In this document: positions 47,935 to 58,285 of the stretch, in pieces
Layout of the letters: every line of letters begins with the position of its first letter
How positions within the stretch are numbered: the first letter of the stretch is position 1
DNA from: Ekhidna sp.
Lineage (GTDB): Bacteria > Bacteroidota > Bacteroidia > Cytophagales > Cyclobacteriaceae
Length of the DNA: 64,000 nucleotides
Assembly (NCBI GenBank): GCA_965261215.1
Contig: CBDHDT010000100.1
Location: 56,905-120,904, forward strand
Direction: 5' to 3'
Translations under genes and position numbers: made by a program
The notes under the pieces: model-generated
Databases searched by the model: none
What the model was told of the DNA's origin: nothing
What the model saw: only the letters and a program-made list of their open reading frames with translations

Positions 47935-48260
47935 AAAAAATAAACAAAATACATCTCTAAACTCACAATGGCATACTAAATGGTGGTTTGGCCTGATTTT
48001 AGCTCCAAATACACCAGCATTGTGCTGTAAACCCTTTTCTAAGGTAGTAAATTGTCAACAAAAAAAATAAACAGTTAAAAAACAAGAAATTTGTCTTCAT
48101 ATGATTATCTATATCAATCTAATCTTTTCCACACATAACTTGAGTACCAAAGTAATATTCAATATTAATATCAGGAAGACTCCAAATTGTCCAATGCATT
48201 GCAGTAACTAATCTGTTTCGCCATTCTGTAAAAAAAAAACCGAAAAATGGACATAACAAA
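47935..48260 (-). pseudogene. Family-X fragment in the intron, containing a frame-shifted copy of exon 8 (48140-48225)
   Basis: The minus strand reads ttttttttttacag|AATGGCGAAACAGATTAGTTACTGCAATGCATTGGACAATTTGGAGTC...GGTACTCAAG|ttatgtg. This aligns with exon 8 (ATGGCGAAAGAGAATGGGACTGCA...). One extra A after the AG shifts the WR.R frame relative to exon 7. Confidence 0.55.
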
Positions 48261-48804
48261 CAAGCCCATTTCTGGTGCAATTTTGAGCTTAGCTAACTGA
48301 TTCAGCATTTTAGATGCAAAGAAGTGACCTATCAGTTAGTTAACTAAGAAGCTTACTCTTGCAACAGTAGTAAACGGCACAGACCTTCAACACAGATCTT
48401 CAACAAAACCTGGTAAACCATTTGCAGCTAACCATGTATATATGTGAATGTGTGTGTGCACTTGAATATAATAAATAACATCTGAGTGATTGATTAAGTT
48501 CTGGAGTAATCCTGAGCAACCTACTGAAGGATTTTTTTTTTTTTACTATTGAGAGAAAACAAAACAGAAATATGACAACAAATGTTTTATTTAAGAAATA
48601 TATATATATATTGACTTGTCAAAAAAGAAAGGAAACAAGAGTTTAATATAGGCCACATTAATAGGGCTTCTATCTCTAATAATGAGCACCATCCGTTATT
48701 ATATTTGGTGTTCATTATTTTTATGTAGATTGATGGTTCACTGCTCTATACTGCTGCTCTAACTGAGAATAATGTTAGCAAATAGACACAAAGTTCAAGC
48801 TTAC

Positions 48805-49112
48805 TTGTATAAGTGAATTAGCAGATGGAAACCAACAGCAATTGCAGCAACTATCAATGGAATGTAATAAACTGGAGCAAGTAGATAAACAATGTTACTG
48901 ACATTGCTTATGTGGCTATTGCAAATACCATCAACAGAATCTGCAGGGAATAGGAATAGGTCCTGTTTAACCTGGGGAAGTGCCTCCAGTAGGAGTAATG
49001 TCAGGAGGTTGAGTTGGAGTAGAATATCCAGAATATTGGCAGTGTTGGATTTGTATGGGAGGTTGTAGGTATACAGAAATATGCTGATCACGAGAACAAG
49101 TGCAGCAAAGAC
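48805..49112 (-). CDS. Same gene, exon 7
   Basis: The signal is ttaataatag|GTCTTT...TATACAA|gtaagc. Translation: VFAALVLVISIFLYTYNLPYKSNTANILDILLQLNLLTLLLLEALPQVKQDLFLFPADSVDGICNSHISNVSNIVYLLAPVYYIPLIVAAIAVGFHLLIHLY(K). If unspliced, the frame stops at the TAA at 48801-48803. Confidence 0.65.
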
Positions 49113-49662
49113 CTATTATTAATAAAATTATAAGTATATGATGAACACTAGATTGTTCATACCATTAGATTACTTCATCATTACAAATATTCATAAACTT
49201 TTTTTCTTGTTTGACAGGGCAAGCGAGAAAAAAAAAGGAATTTTTTTAAATGGCTGATAATTGCAACTACAGTCATGGACAGCCTCTTCTAGGCCTTTAC
49301 TGCTGTTTCTGGAAGCTGGTCTTCTTAGAAAAGCTTCATAGGCACCTGTGTTTATCAGGAATCATTTAAAGGATGTGTTCCTAGTGGATTTCCTTGCTGT
49401 AAGTTATGTGGTGCTGCATAGCTTTTGTTTTCTTACATCAATGGAGCAAATCTTTGAAAAACTGCAGTTTATTGTACTTGCATTAGAATATTATGAAAAG
49501 ATTTTTCTGGAAAAACGTTATAACCATTAACACAAAAATTAAGTTTGGGTCAATAGGTTAATTATATGAAGCACTTCCATGTTGTCATTAGGTGTTACAC
49601 ATAGTTATAGAGATTGACTTGCTTTGTAACTGTAATATTACTACTAAAATATAAAATAATAC

Positions 49663-49788
49663 CGTATTTCTTGGAAATGGGATTAGAGCCAGGAGAAACA
49701 AAAATCTTCTTCCAAGTTCCACACCATACCAAAACTTCAGGTCATCCTTGAAATATTTCGTAAATGGTTCCTTAAAATGCTTAGTGAA
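49663..49788 (-). CDS. Same gene, exon 6
   Basis: The signal is aattgcag|TTCACT...AATACG|gtatta. Translation: FTKHFKEPFTKYFKDDLKFWYGVELGRRFLFLLALIPFPRNT. Confidence 0.7.
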
Positions 49789-50279
49789 CTGCAATTTCTA
49801 TGAATTACGAGAGAATAACATATTTATTGACACAAGGTTAAATTACAGGTAGGAAAACAGCTGACCTTTCCTTCACATACAAAATACAAAATAATATGTT
49901 ATGCACATTTCTATACTATGCCACTAACAATGTAATGATAAAAATGCTAAACTCACAACAATCCATTGCAGCTGTTTAAATTGTCAGACTTTATTAGTAT
50001 GAGCTTATATATATATATATACATATTTGCTATGCATTTCACAGACATACAATTCTCAGACATAATTACAAAATGAATAAACTTTAATAAAAATATAAAT
50101 AGGTAAATAATTGTAAAACAGCCACTTGGTACAAAACAACCAGTACAGCAACAATCAAAAACAAAAATAAATATATCACTGCACAATTATTCTCTAATTG
50201 TTCATAAGGGCTTTAGATTTTTTTGAAAAGTGATCTCTTTTCGTAGACCCTATCACACATCAGCATCAACAATACTTAC

Positions 50280-50405
50280 TACAATTGGAAGGAGGGCTAC
50301 TAGGAAGACAAATAAAAAGCACACCACCATCATAAATATTGCCAGTAGAGCCAAAGGAATGTGACCTCCAGTGAAACACACAGTTTCTCCATTTATGAAC
50401 CAATG
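50280..50405 (-). CDS. Same gene, exon 5
   Basis: The signal is cttccttccatatag|CATTGG...ATTGTA|gtaagt. Translation: HWFINGETVCFTGGHIPLALLAIFMMVVCFLFVFLVALLPIV, which includes a clear transmembrane helix. Confidence 0.7.
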
Positions 50406-50650
50406 CTATATGGAAGGAAGGGAATTATAAGAACAGGTTATAAGGTACGTGAATTTACGTTAGTTAGATAGAAACTGCAATCTAAAAGTAATGTCTTGCA
50501 TGTTTTATGTAAATTTTACAGGACAATAAAAAATACACACCGCCATAAATGGGTTACTACCTCAGTGCTCTATAACAAAACCATGCAATAAATGAACTAC
50601 ATTTTAATGCAAATATTATATCAGCTAGAGTTTCTAAAAACTATGTTTAC

Positions 50651-50786
50651 CTTTTGAAGTGAGCCATTGGTAGGAATGGATGGACAATTCAGTATCGAGA
50701 ATGAAGTGTGTGTAACTGATGAGTACAATAAGAGTATACACCACCAAGATGCATAATGATGCAGTGACTTCTTTTTCAACAATTTC
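50651..50786 (-). CDS. Same gene, exon 4
   Basis: The signal is gtcaag|GAAATT...CAAAAG|gtaaac. Translation: (W)KLLKKKSLHHYASWWCILLLYSSVTHTSFSILNCPSIPTNGSLQK. A second frame is also open; this one was chosen for phase continuity with exons 3 and 5. Confidence 0.55.
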
Positions 50787-50865
50787 CTTGACATGTTTAA
50801 GATTAATGTGAAGTAAATTCAAATACCTTTATTTAAATTAGTTAAAAAAAATTGTGATGACTAAC

Positions 50866-51011
50866 CATGATAGCCACATAAGGAAGTACACCAAACTTGT
50901 TATGCCCACAGGAATATAGCGGAGGAGATAGGAGTGTATGGTAGTAAGATTGCTGGAAAGACAGAAATCGTAGACAAAGTAGAAGCCACAGGCGCTCGAA
51001 AGATAATGCAA
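50866..51011 (-). CDS. Same gene, exon 3
   Basis: The signal is atatatag|TTGCAT...TCATG|gttagt. Translation: LHYLSSACGFYFVYDFCLSSNLTTIHSYLLRYIPVGITSLVYFLMWLS(W). The exon ends in phase 2. Confidence 0.6.
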
Positions 51012-51076
51012 CTATATATAAAGCACAAAAAAACTAAATCTGATATGTATGCAAAAAAAACAATCAATGTCCTTAC

Positions 51077-51133
51077 ATAGTTTCCAACTACTTGAAAAGT
51101 TTCTGGGAAGAAAGCACTGGCATATGGAGCATT
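51077..51133 (-). CDS. Same gene, exon 2
   Basis: The signal is acacag|AATGCT...AACTAT|gtaagg. Translation: NAPYASAFFPETFQVVGNY. Confidence 0.6.
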
Positions 51134-51532
51134 CTGTGTATTGTTGCAAAATATTATGTGTTTCAAATCCAGCATTACATTGTCAGGGCATAATTGGTTT
51201 GGGAGAGGAGGGAGGGTGGGGAACAGCTGGCTCAGGATAGTTATTATTTACTCTGAATTCTCAATATTGATTACGAACAAAGTCAATGTTATTCTGATCT
51301 GCCACATTCAGAAAGAATGTCAACCAAGGGCTCTCACAGCACAAAACCACAGTAAGCAACATCATATTGTCTTAAAAGAGAACAATTCTGTTCAACGCTT
51401 TGACACAGATATGGCAGAACGTACATCAAGTTCCTTAAAAAAAAAAAAAAAGCCAAATCACTCAAAGAATTCAAATGTACTGACTTCAAATCGTTTATGT
51501 ACATTCAATAAGCAACTTTGGAATATACTTGC

Positions 51533-51703
51533 CTGTATGTAGAAGAGGAAAGGTATTGCCAGCACTGGTAATGACTTGTCCAAAAGAATGATACAAGCCA
51601 CTAGTACAGCAACAATCACAACTAAAATAAAATAACAAACATAATTTTCACATAACGGGATATGAGGATGGCCTTTGATTCGATGGAAAAAAGACCAGAG
51701 ATT
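51533..51703 (-). CDS. Multi-pass membrane protein gene, first recognisable exon (the 5' end of the gene was not found)
   Basis: The signal is cctag|AAT...ATACAG|gcaagt, a GC-type donor. Translation: NLWSFFHRIKGHPHIPLCENYVCYFILVVIVAVLVACIILLDKSLPVLAIPFLFYIQ. Phase is 0 at both ends. Confidence 0.55.
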
Positions 51704-52640
51704 CTAGGAATATGATATATACATTAAAAATGAATCCTTGTTTGGCATTGTATTTTATCTTAATCACATAAAAACCTGGTTGTTAAAGTGCATCTGGCTA
51801 TTAAGCAAACACATTTTGCCATTTATAGCTATTACTATTAGATGCCATACCAACTCTATGCTCCATGTTACTCTTTGCCTTTGCTTTAACAGGCCTAGCT
51901 CAAATGCTTTGTGGTTGGTAAGGGAAGCAAATCCTCAATGGTGTTCAATGTGTGGCCATATCTGCAATAATGTGGCTATCTATGTATATATATCTGCCGA
52001 ATGTTCACTCCAAATATATGAATGGTCTAATGGCCGTTAAATAAAATGAGCTGATGTAAACAATGAATTGGTCATCTGTTAAAAAAAAAAATTTAAAGAT
52101 CAAAAGACCTGGCTGGCCAACAAGGAAAGAGGGAACTGGCTGCACAGTAGTAGTCACACTAGCCAGATTTTCATATGCCCACTTACTGGCTAGTAAGACT
52201 ATATAACATAGGAGTATCGATAGGATGCATAGCTAGAAGCTGTCAGGACAAGGGTGGTGGAGTTCCATTAAGATATAGCTACTTAATGGATATAAGATGG
52301 TGTAGATACTACCCAAGCTTGGCAATTAAAAACACAAATCCTTGTGTGTACCCCCAACTCTCCTTTGTGGGTGCTGTTCTCTCAGACTCGAGTACAAAAC
52401 AGAACAAGCTACCCAATTGGCATAGAGGAAAGATAACCAACTGCATATTATCAAGAAGAGTAATATGGAGAATATTCTGAATATATAAATAGATCAAGCG
52501 TGTAAAATCCTATAACAAAATGTCTGAAGTTACTGTCACCTATTGCATGGTCTTCACTTCAGTACTCGGATAATTCTTCAGATAATTAAATAAATATAAA
52601 TGGACCTACTCTACAGAGATAGATATGAAGATATGAGAAA

Positions 52641-52990
52641 AAAATGTTATATTTGAAAACAAGCAGCTATAATGGCTGAGCCTGTACTCATGTAGACCAC
52701 AATCAGTTAGATTCCCTTCATCATTTAAAAACATACACACCAATATTGTGGATTTGTGGCTGCATAGTCGCTCTGTGATTTTAAAGCCAGCACAATTTGG
52801 TGTACATGATAATAAATGGTAAAAGTCGTCTAACTGGTTGTGGTCTAAATGAGTACAGTGTTGCTTTCTTTTTTTTAGAATTTTTTTTATTTTTTAAGTG
52901 TTTTACTCTTGTTTCAAGTGTTGTTGTATTTCGTTTGTTTGTTTTGTTGTTTGTGTATATTATAGTTCAACAGTGGAAGAAGTGGAGAAC
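52641..52990 (+). repeat. Dispersed repeat, the longer copy of the sequence at 1681-1974
   Basis: See feature 1681-1974. Here the repeat continues past ...cttgtttcaagtgttgttgtatttcgtttgtttgttttgttgttt into family X instead of into the satellite. Confidence 0.6.
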
Positions 52991-53473
52991 TACATCAAGG
53001 GTAAGATAATTGGTGGAGGGTCGCCTAGATATTTATACAGTATTGTAACATTATATTGTTGCTGTACACAAGAGACAAACCAATATGATGCATTGTTGCT
53101 ATTGTTGACCATTCCAATGTTGTCCACTTCAGAACATACCATATCTTGTTATTATCATTGACTGCACCCATGCAGGGTCAGCTACGGCCTCCTTCAAGAA
53201 ATTGGTATCATTGCAGATAATACTACAGCAGATGTTTTAGTTGAGGATCAGTGATGGCCTCCTTTGACACGGTTATAGTTGAACAGAAGCAAAACCAAAC
53301 AGCTGTACTAAGCGTGAGTCATTCATTTGGGTGTGAAACATCAAATTAAGTGTGGTTTTTAAGATATTTACCTCTTTGTGCCAGTTTTTTCGGCTTTACT
53401 AATCAAGAAACGGAGTAGTCAGAGGCATTTATTGGAACATTTGGAGTTCACAGGCACTAAAATATGAAAGGAC
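52905..53473 (+). repeat. Family X, copy C1 (head plus body); its 29-bp motif is expanded into the adjacent minisatellite
   Basis: The head cttgtttcaagt...gtttgtttgttttgttgttt...tatagtt...tggagaactac is repeated at 54733-54815. The body is the reverse complement of 34030-34480. Confidence 0.6.
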
Positions 53474-54732
53474 CTATTGTACGTCAGTAATGATGAGAGG
53501 ACCTATTTTACGTCAGTTATGATGAGGGGGATATTGTATGCCAGTTATGTTGAGAGGACCGATTGTATGCTAGTTATGATGGGAGGACCTATTGTACATC
53601 ATTTATGATGAGGAGGATATTGTATGCCAGTTATGTTGAGAGGACTGATTGTATGCCAGCTATGATGAGTGGGTGTATTGTATGCCAGTTATGATGAGAG
53701 AACCTGTTGTGTGCCAGTCATGGTGAGAAGAGATTGTACGTCAGTTATATTGAGGGGACCTATTGTATGCCAGTTATGATGAGGGGAGCCTATAGTAAGC
53801 CAGTAATGATGGGGGGACCAATTATACGTCAGTAATGATGAATAGATCTATTGTACTCCAGTTATGATGAGAGGACCTATTGGAAACCAGTTATAATGAG
53901 GGGACCTATTGTATGCCAGTTATGATGAGAGGACCTATTGTATGCCAGTTATGATGAGTGGACTTTATGTGCGCCAGTTATGATGAGAGGACATATTGGA
54001 TGCCTGTTACGGTAAGGTTACCTATTGTACGCCAGTTATGATGAGTGCACCTATTGTATGCCAGTGATGAGGGGGCCTATTGAACGCCAGTTGAGAGGAC
54101 CGATTGTATGCAAGTTATGATGAGTGGACCTATTGTACTGCAGTTATGATCACGGGGCCTATAGTACACAAGTTAGGATGAGAGGGCCTATTGTGTGTCA
54201 GTTATAATGAGGGGGCGTTTTGTAAGCCAGTTATGATAAGTGGACTTATTGTGCATCAATTATGATGATAGGACCTATTGTATGCCAGTTATGATGAGGG
54301 GACCTCCAGCTCTGATGAGGGGATCTATTATACGCCAGTTATGATGAGGGGGCATATTGTATGCCGGTTATGATGAGAGGACCTATTGTATGCCAGTTAT
54401 GATGAGTGGACTTATTGTGTGCCAGTTATGATGCCAGTTATGATGAGTGGATCTATTGTATGCCAGTTATGATGAGAGGACATACTGTAAGCCAGTTATG
54501 ATGAGTGGACTTATTGTGCGCCAGTTATATTGTATGCCAGTTATGATGAGTGGACCTATTGTATGCCAGTTATGTTGAGGGGACCTATTGTAAGGTAGTT
54601 ATGATGAGGGGACCTATTGCATGCCAGTTATGATGAGGGGGTGTATTGTATGCCAGTTATGATGAGAGGACCTATTGTACGTCAGTAATGATGAGGGGAC
54701 CTATTGTACACCAGTAATGATGAGGGGGTGTA
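53474..54732 (+). repeat. Minisatellite with a 29-bp unit (ATGATGAGAGGACCTATTGTATGCCAGTT), about 43 units
   Basis: The unit recurs head-to-tail with point variants and a few partial units. There are no unique spacers. The array ends abruptly at ...gatgagggggtgtattc|ttgtttcaag. Confidence 0.9.
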
Positions 54733-55760
54733 TTCTTGTTTCAAGTTTTTTTAAATGTTTGTTTGTTTTGTTGTTTTTATAGTTGATTGATGGAGAACTA
54801 CTCAAAGATCAACAGCATGTACACATTCACCACAGCCTGTTTGATGATCCAATAATATAAATCATATACACCAATGATTTTATATTACACAGCAACTCAT
54901 ACTATATCTTGTTGCTAAGGTTGACAGTATCCATCAGACAACATTGTGTATTACATAAATCACTACTGTTGACTGTTCTTATAGATACTATAAGTTACAC
55001 TAATTTTTCTTGGCCAGGTTGTTGAATTGCTCCAAGTTTATATTTTACTCACCTTTTTCATAAAAGAATATGACTCTCGACCTGGCCAGTGACGGCTTAC
55101 TTCTTTGGTGGCAGGAAAATGCAGCAGCTGAAGATTGCAGCTGCGCACTTGGTAACAGTTGTACAGGAGAACCAAACAGAGTAGAGGATTAGCGAGAGCC
55201 TATTTAGTACTACGTAACTGTTTTCCAGGAGCAAGAACTCGACAAACCCACTGAACACAGGTCATAATTCTGAATATAATACAGCTCGTGTAGTCTTTAC
55301 TCAATTATTAAATTCTAAATATAAAAAACAGCCAACGAGATTTAGCTTGATTGTATTATCCACAAAACTGCTGACAAATCCATTTTACCTAATTTGATAA
55401 ACAGATTGGTTGATTCAATGCATTGGACAATTAGGAATATTCTGGTAATAAAATTATGACAAATGAACCTACTATACACAAGTTATGTTAGGCAAGAAAA
55501 ATAGATAAATAAATAGATAGCTAGATACAAGATCCAGAAGACCGAATTTCTTGCTTTTTAGGCTGACGATTTATTACCGTTGGGAAGGATTCAAGGCATG
55601 CTCAAACTGTTTGTTTTTTTTAGTTGAAATTGGTTAAAGTCACTGTTTTAGAAGCTGCCAAAGTTAGTTTTAGTTGAGATATAAGTAGAGTTTTATTTGG
55701 TGCCATCGTTTTGAAATAAGGGCCAAACCAATACATGGAGTGCTAACTCATTCCCTAATA
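54733..55760 (+). repeat. Family X, copy C2 (head, body, a single 29-bp-like motif at ~55456-55490, and tail)
   Basis: The head matches 52905-52990. The block gataaacagattggttgattcaatgcattggacaatt matches the reverse complement of 48185-48220. The tail 55500-55760 is the reverse complement of 33835-34020 and 47935-48120 (gctgccaaagttagttttag, ggccaaaccaa). Confidence 0.55.
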
Positions 55761-56199
55761 GAACTAGCAGAGGTATGTACCCATTCTATGTTATGGAATG
55801 TAGGAAACTGGGCATGCACAAACTGCCACCACTGTTGTTTGACAAGTAAATTGGCCCAAATAATGGCTGCATTGAAAATTTGTGATGATGATATTGTAGT
55901 TTAGCAGTTGAGATGCACTAATACATAATGGATAAATAATCATGTAAGTTTGTATTTGTGGTTGGATTAAGGTGAAACCAGTAGTGCTAGTACGAGTTCA
56001 AGTCGCTGTTAGTAATTAGTGTTGCTAGTCGATATCAGTAGGCAGTCAGAACACTTGTGAGTAAAAACGAAAGGCTTAAAAAAGAATGGACCTTTGGAAC
56101 AGCAGCTTTTGGGTGATGGTGGTTTCTTGTGACTTTGTAGTCCAATGATACCGAGCCCATATAAATCCTAGGTATTGAGCTGGCCACCTTGAATATTTT

Positions 56200-56830
56200 C
56201 AGGAAAGTGAGCCCAATAGATTCAGCGTGAAAAGGTGACAACACAACCCAATTTTTTCTCCTTTATAGTATAGAAGTGCCCAGATTATTACAAAAAGTCC
56301 TAATACAATGCAACAGAGCACCCATGTACTCACGCAATGGCTGCTCTGTTGAAAGAATACAGAAGATATATGTGGTACCATGATAATGTCCTAATCAGTG
56401 GCATGAAACCCCTATTAGAAGAGGTTGACAAGATCTATGAAGATATTGCAGGCCACAGCATAAGTAAAGGCCCTCATGCACCATCCTTCCAGAGCTACTC
56501 TTAACACTGCTCCGCCCATGGCCAGGTGTAGTGCATATGGTGGAATTAACCGTGCTGTTTAAAACTACGCAATCTTTATAGCAAGCAAGGTAGAGGAAGT
56601 GAGAAAATTACCATATGTTGCCAAGTGATTTGGAGGTTAAGTGCTTGACAACCCTTTTCATGACAGTGGAGATTGGTGCTCTAGATTACCAAGCTCAACA
56701 TTTGCAATGAAGAAGGTACTCCCTCTGTTATGGTATCAAAAGAAACAATTAGAAGGCTATTTGATGAGGTGGCCAAGGTCGCCATATCTACGTCCCATTT
56801 AATATTTCAATAAAGGAAAAAAACTTGGTG
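56200..56830 (+). mobile_element. Decayed 3' fragment of a retroelement-like ORF with a PD-(D/E)xK-like module
   Basis: Translation across frameshifts gives YRRYMWYHDNVLISGMKPLLEEV, LLRPWPGVVHMVELTVLF, FMTVEIGALDY and RRLFDEVAKVAISTSHLIFQ*. From memory, this fits the pattern Y.WRHD.VL / RPD.V..ELTV..E / K..KY / EVG.RG seen at the C-termini of some invertebrate retroelement ORFs. An aataaa follows the stop. Confidence 0.4.
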
Positions 56831-57009
56831 GAACTCAAACTGTCAACTGTATCAATGACACTCGCAGTTTGTTTTCATATCCTGTTTGTTTTTAACTCTT
56901 GTTGAGATCACTGGTCAATCTTTGTCTTTTGGAACACTAGGACAAGTTTTTGTATTGTCATTATCACTATAATAAAATTGGTATTCTCTCTCTTCTTTAC
57001 TATATCAAT

Positions 57010-57165
<156 letters not shown>

Positions 57166-57431
57166 TAATATTAAATAATTTAAAAAAAAAAATAATTAAA
57201 AATAAATACTACTGTGCACACTGACTGATCTTGCTGATGCCCCATGTCTGGGGCACTAGCATAGCTAATATTCCATACTAAATGAGTGGTCCCAACTTTC
57301 AGCTGGCACCCCTACATGCCCCAGCTTCTTTCATTAGCTCTTTGGATGGTTCAAGGACACACATTGCTAGGATGCTTGAATATAACTCAAGAGATCAGTT
57401 TCTGTTCTGGCAGAGCTGGCTCTGACACTGG

Positions 57432-57953
57432 CTAAGCCATATTGAGTCTCCATTCAGGACAGGGAGCTCCATCTCCAACAAAAGGCTTTCGCCCATGCAA
57501 TAGATCAAGCTGTCTAGGACCATCTCCTTGTACAGGGCCTGGATACCCGTTCAATGCTGCTGGCTCTCTATACCACCATCCCTCATGCCAATGACAGGTC
57601 AATGTAATCCCTTCCCAGTCCCTTGGTCTCCTTTTTGATGCCAAGTTTCTCCTGTGTGTAATCATTATTGCTTGTGCCTCCAGATGGTGGGAGGGTGGAC
57701 ATAGTGCGCTACTCGTCATGCTTCTGCTGACCCTTTTGGCGACCACTAGGTGAGTTTTGGGGGGCAATGGGAATAGATTTTTCCAACAAGACTTCTTAGG
57801 GATGCACATTCTCTGCAGCCCACTCTGCTGCTTTTGCATCCAAGAAAAAAATGCCAAATCAAATCCCAAGGAAGGTGCCAACCAGCTGCCTTCAATGTCA
57901 ATGTTATTACTCCAATGGAACAATTGCCAATTATTGGAGCTTCTATCACTCAA
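57432..57953 (-). pseudogene. Fibrinogen-related-domain (FReD)-like ORF, degenerate or divergent (C-terminal two-thirds of the domain)
   Basis: The 173-aa ORF contains WQLFHWSNNIDIEGSWLAPSLGFDLAFFSWMQK (compare WT.IQRR.DGS.DF.R.W..Y..GFG...EFWLG) and LASKRRPRD...CHWHEGWWYREPAALNGYPG (compare FST.DRDND...CA...GGWWY..C..SNLNG.Y.G). The conserved Cys after WWY is absent. An in-frame stop lies just upstream. Confidence 0.45.
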
Positions 57954-58234
57954 GGCTTGTGCTCACAGTTGCCAACGATAATATATAGGAAGATGGCCAC
58001 CCACATAAGAGCCTGCGACAAGGTAGTGGTCCACTTCATTTCTGTAAATTTAGGGTTATTGGTGGGCTGGAGTAGGGAGAGAGCAGATACCATCAAGACT
58101 ATTGGCCATCTTCATGGATGATGCCTGGAAATACCTCAAAAAAACTACACACCAGCGTTTGTCCATTGGTCTATGGCAAGTGAATGCTGGCATGTGGATT
58201 CTTTGCCTTCCTCCCATTCCCCTATGTTGGAGTG

Positions 58235-58285
58235 GCAGCTATAAATATGTGTTCAAATTTCGGTGGTTTCAGGCATAGACCCCCC
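58235..58285 (-). mobile_element. Solo right-terminus remnant (~50 bp) of the palindromic MITE family, exactly at the proximal boundary of duplication copy B
   Basis: gcagctataaatatgtgttcaaatttcggtggtttcaggcatagacccccc is the reverse complement of the terminus type seen at 4527-4568 and resembles the copy 3 ends. It is followed directly by aagcaaaaaaaaatatgg, which matches copy A ttaagccaaaaaaaaatatg. Confidence 0.6.

Noticed and set aside
47560-47966. Minus-strand ORFs with faint resemblance to the membrane-protein family (VLPFLFPHTLKPMFCHGRLCKPLDYGF...)
   Set aside because: The similarity is limited to a few residues. The position is out of order relative to the adjacent exon-8-like block, and no splice signals were found.
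51704-52500. Candidate upstream exons of the membrane-protein gene, including the 62-aa ORF at 52309-52497 and a block ending in CCA|gtaagt near 52180
   Set aside because: Their phases do not connect to exon 1, and the peptides lack the Cys-rich motifs expected upstream. They are not reported.
53474-54732. A regularly spaced 29-bp repeat that could superficially suggest a CRISPR array
   Set aside because: The units are directly adjacent with no unique spacers and have no dyad symmetry. The whole window is eukaryotic, with spliced genes, retroelements and satellites. It is a minisatellite.
58111-58122. An FMDD tetrapeptide on the + strand resembling the RT YxDD motif
   Set aside because: That frame has several stops within 150 bp upstream and no other RT motifs. 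The opposite strand is better explained by the FReD-like ORF region.
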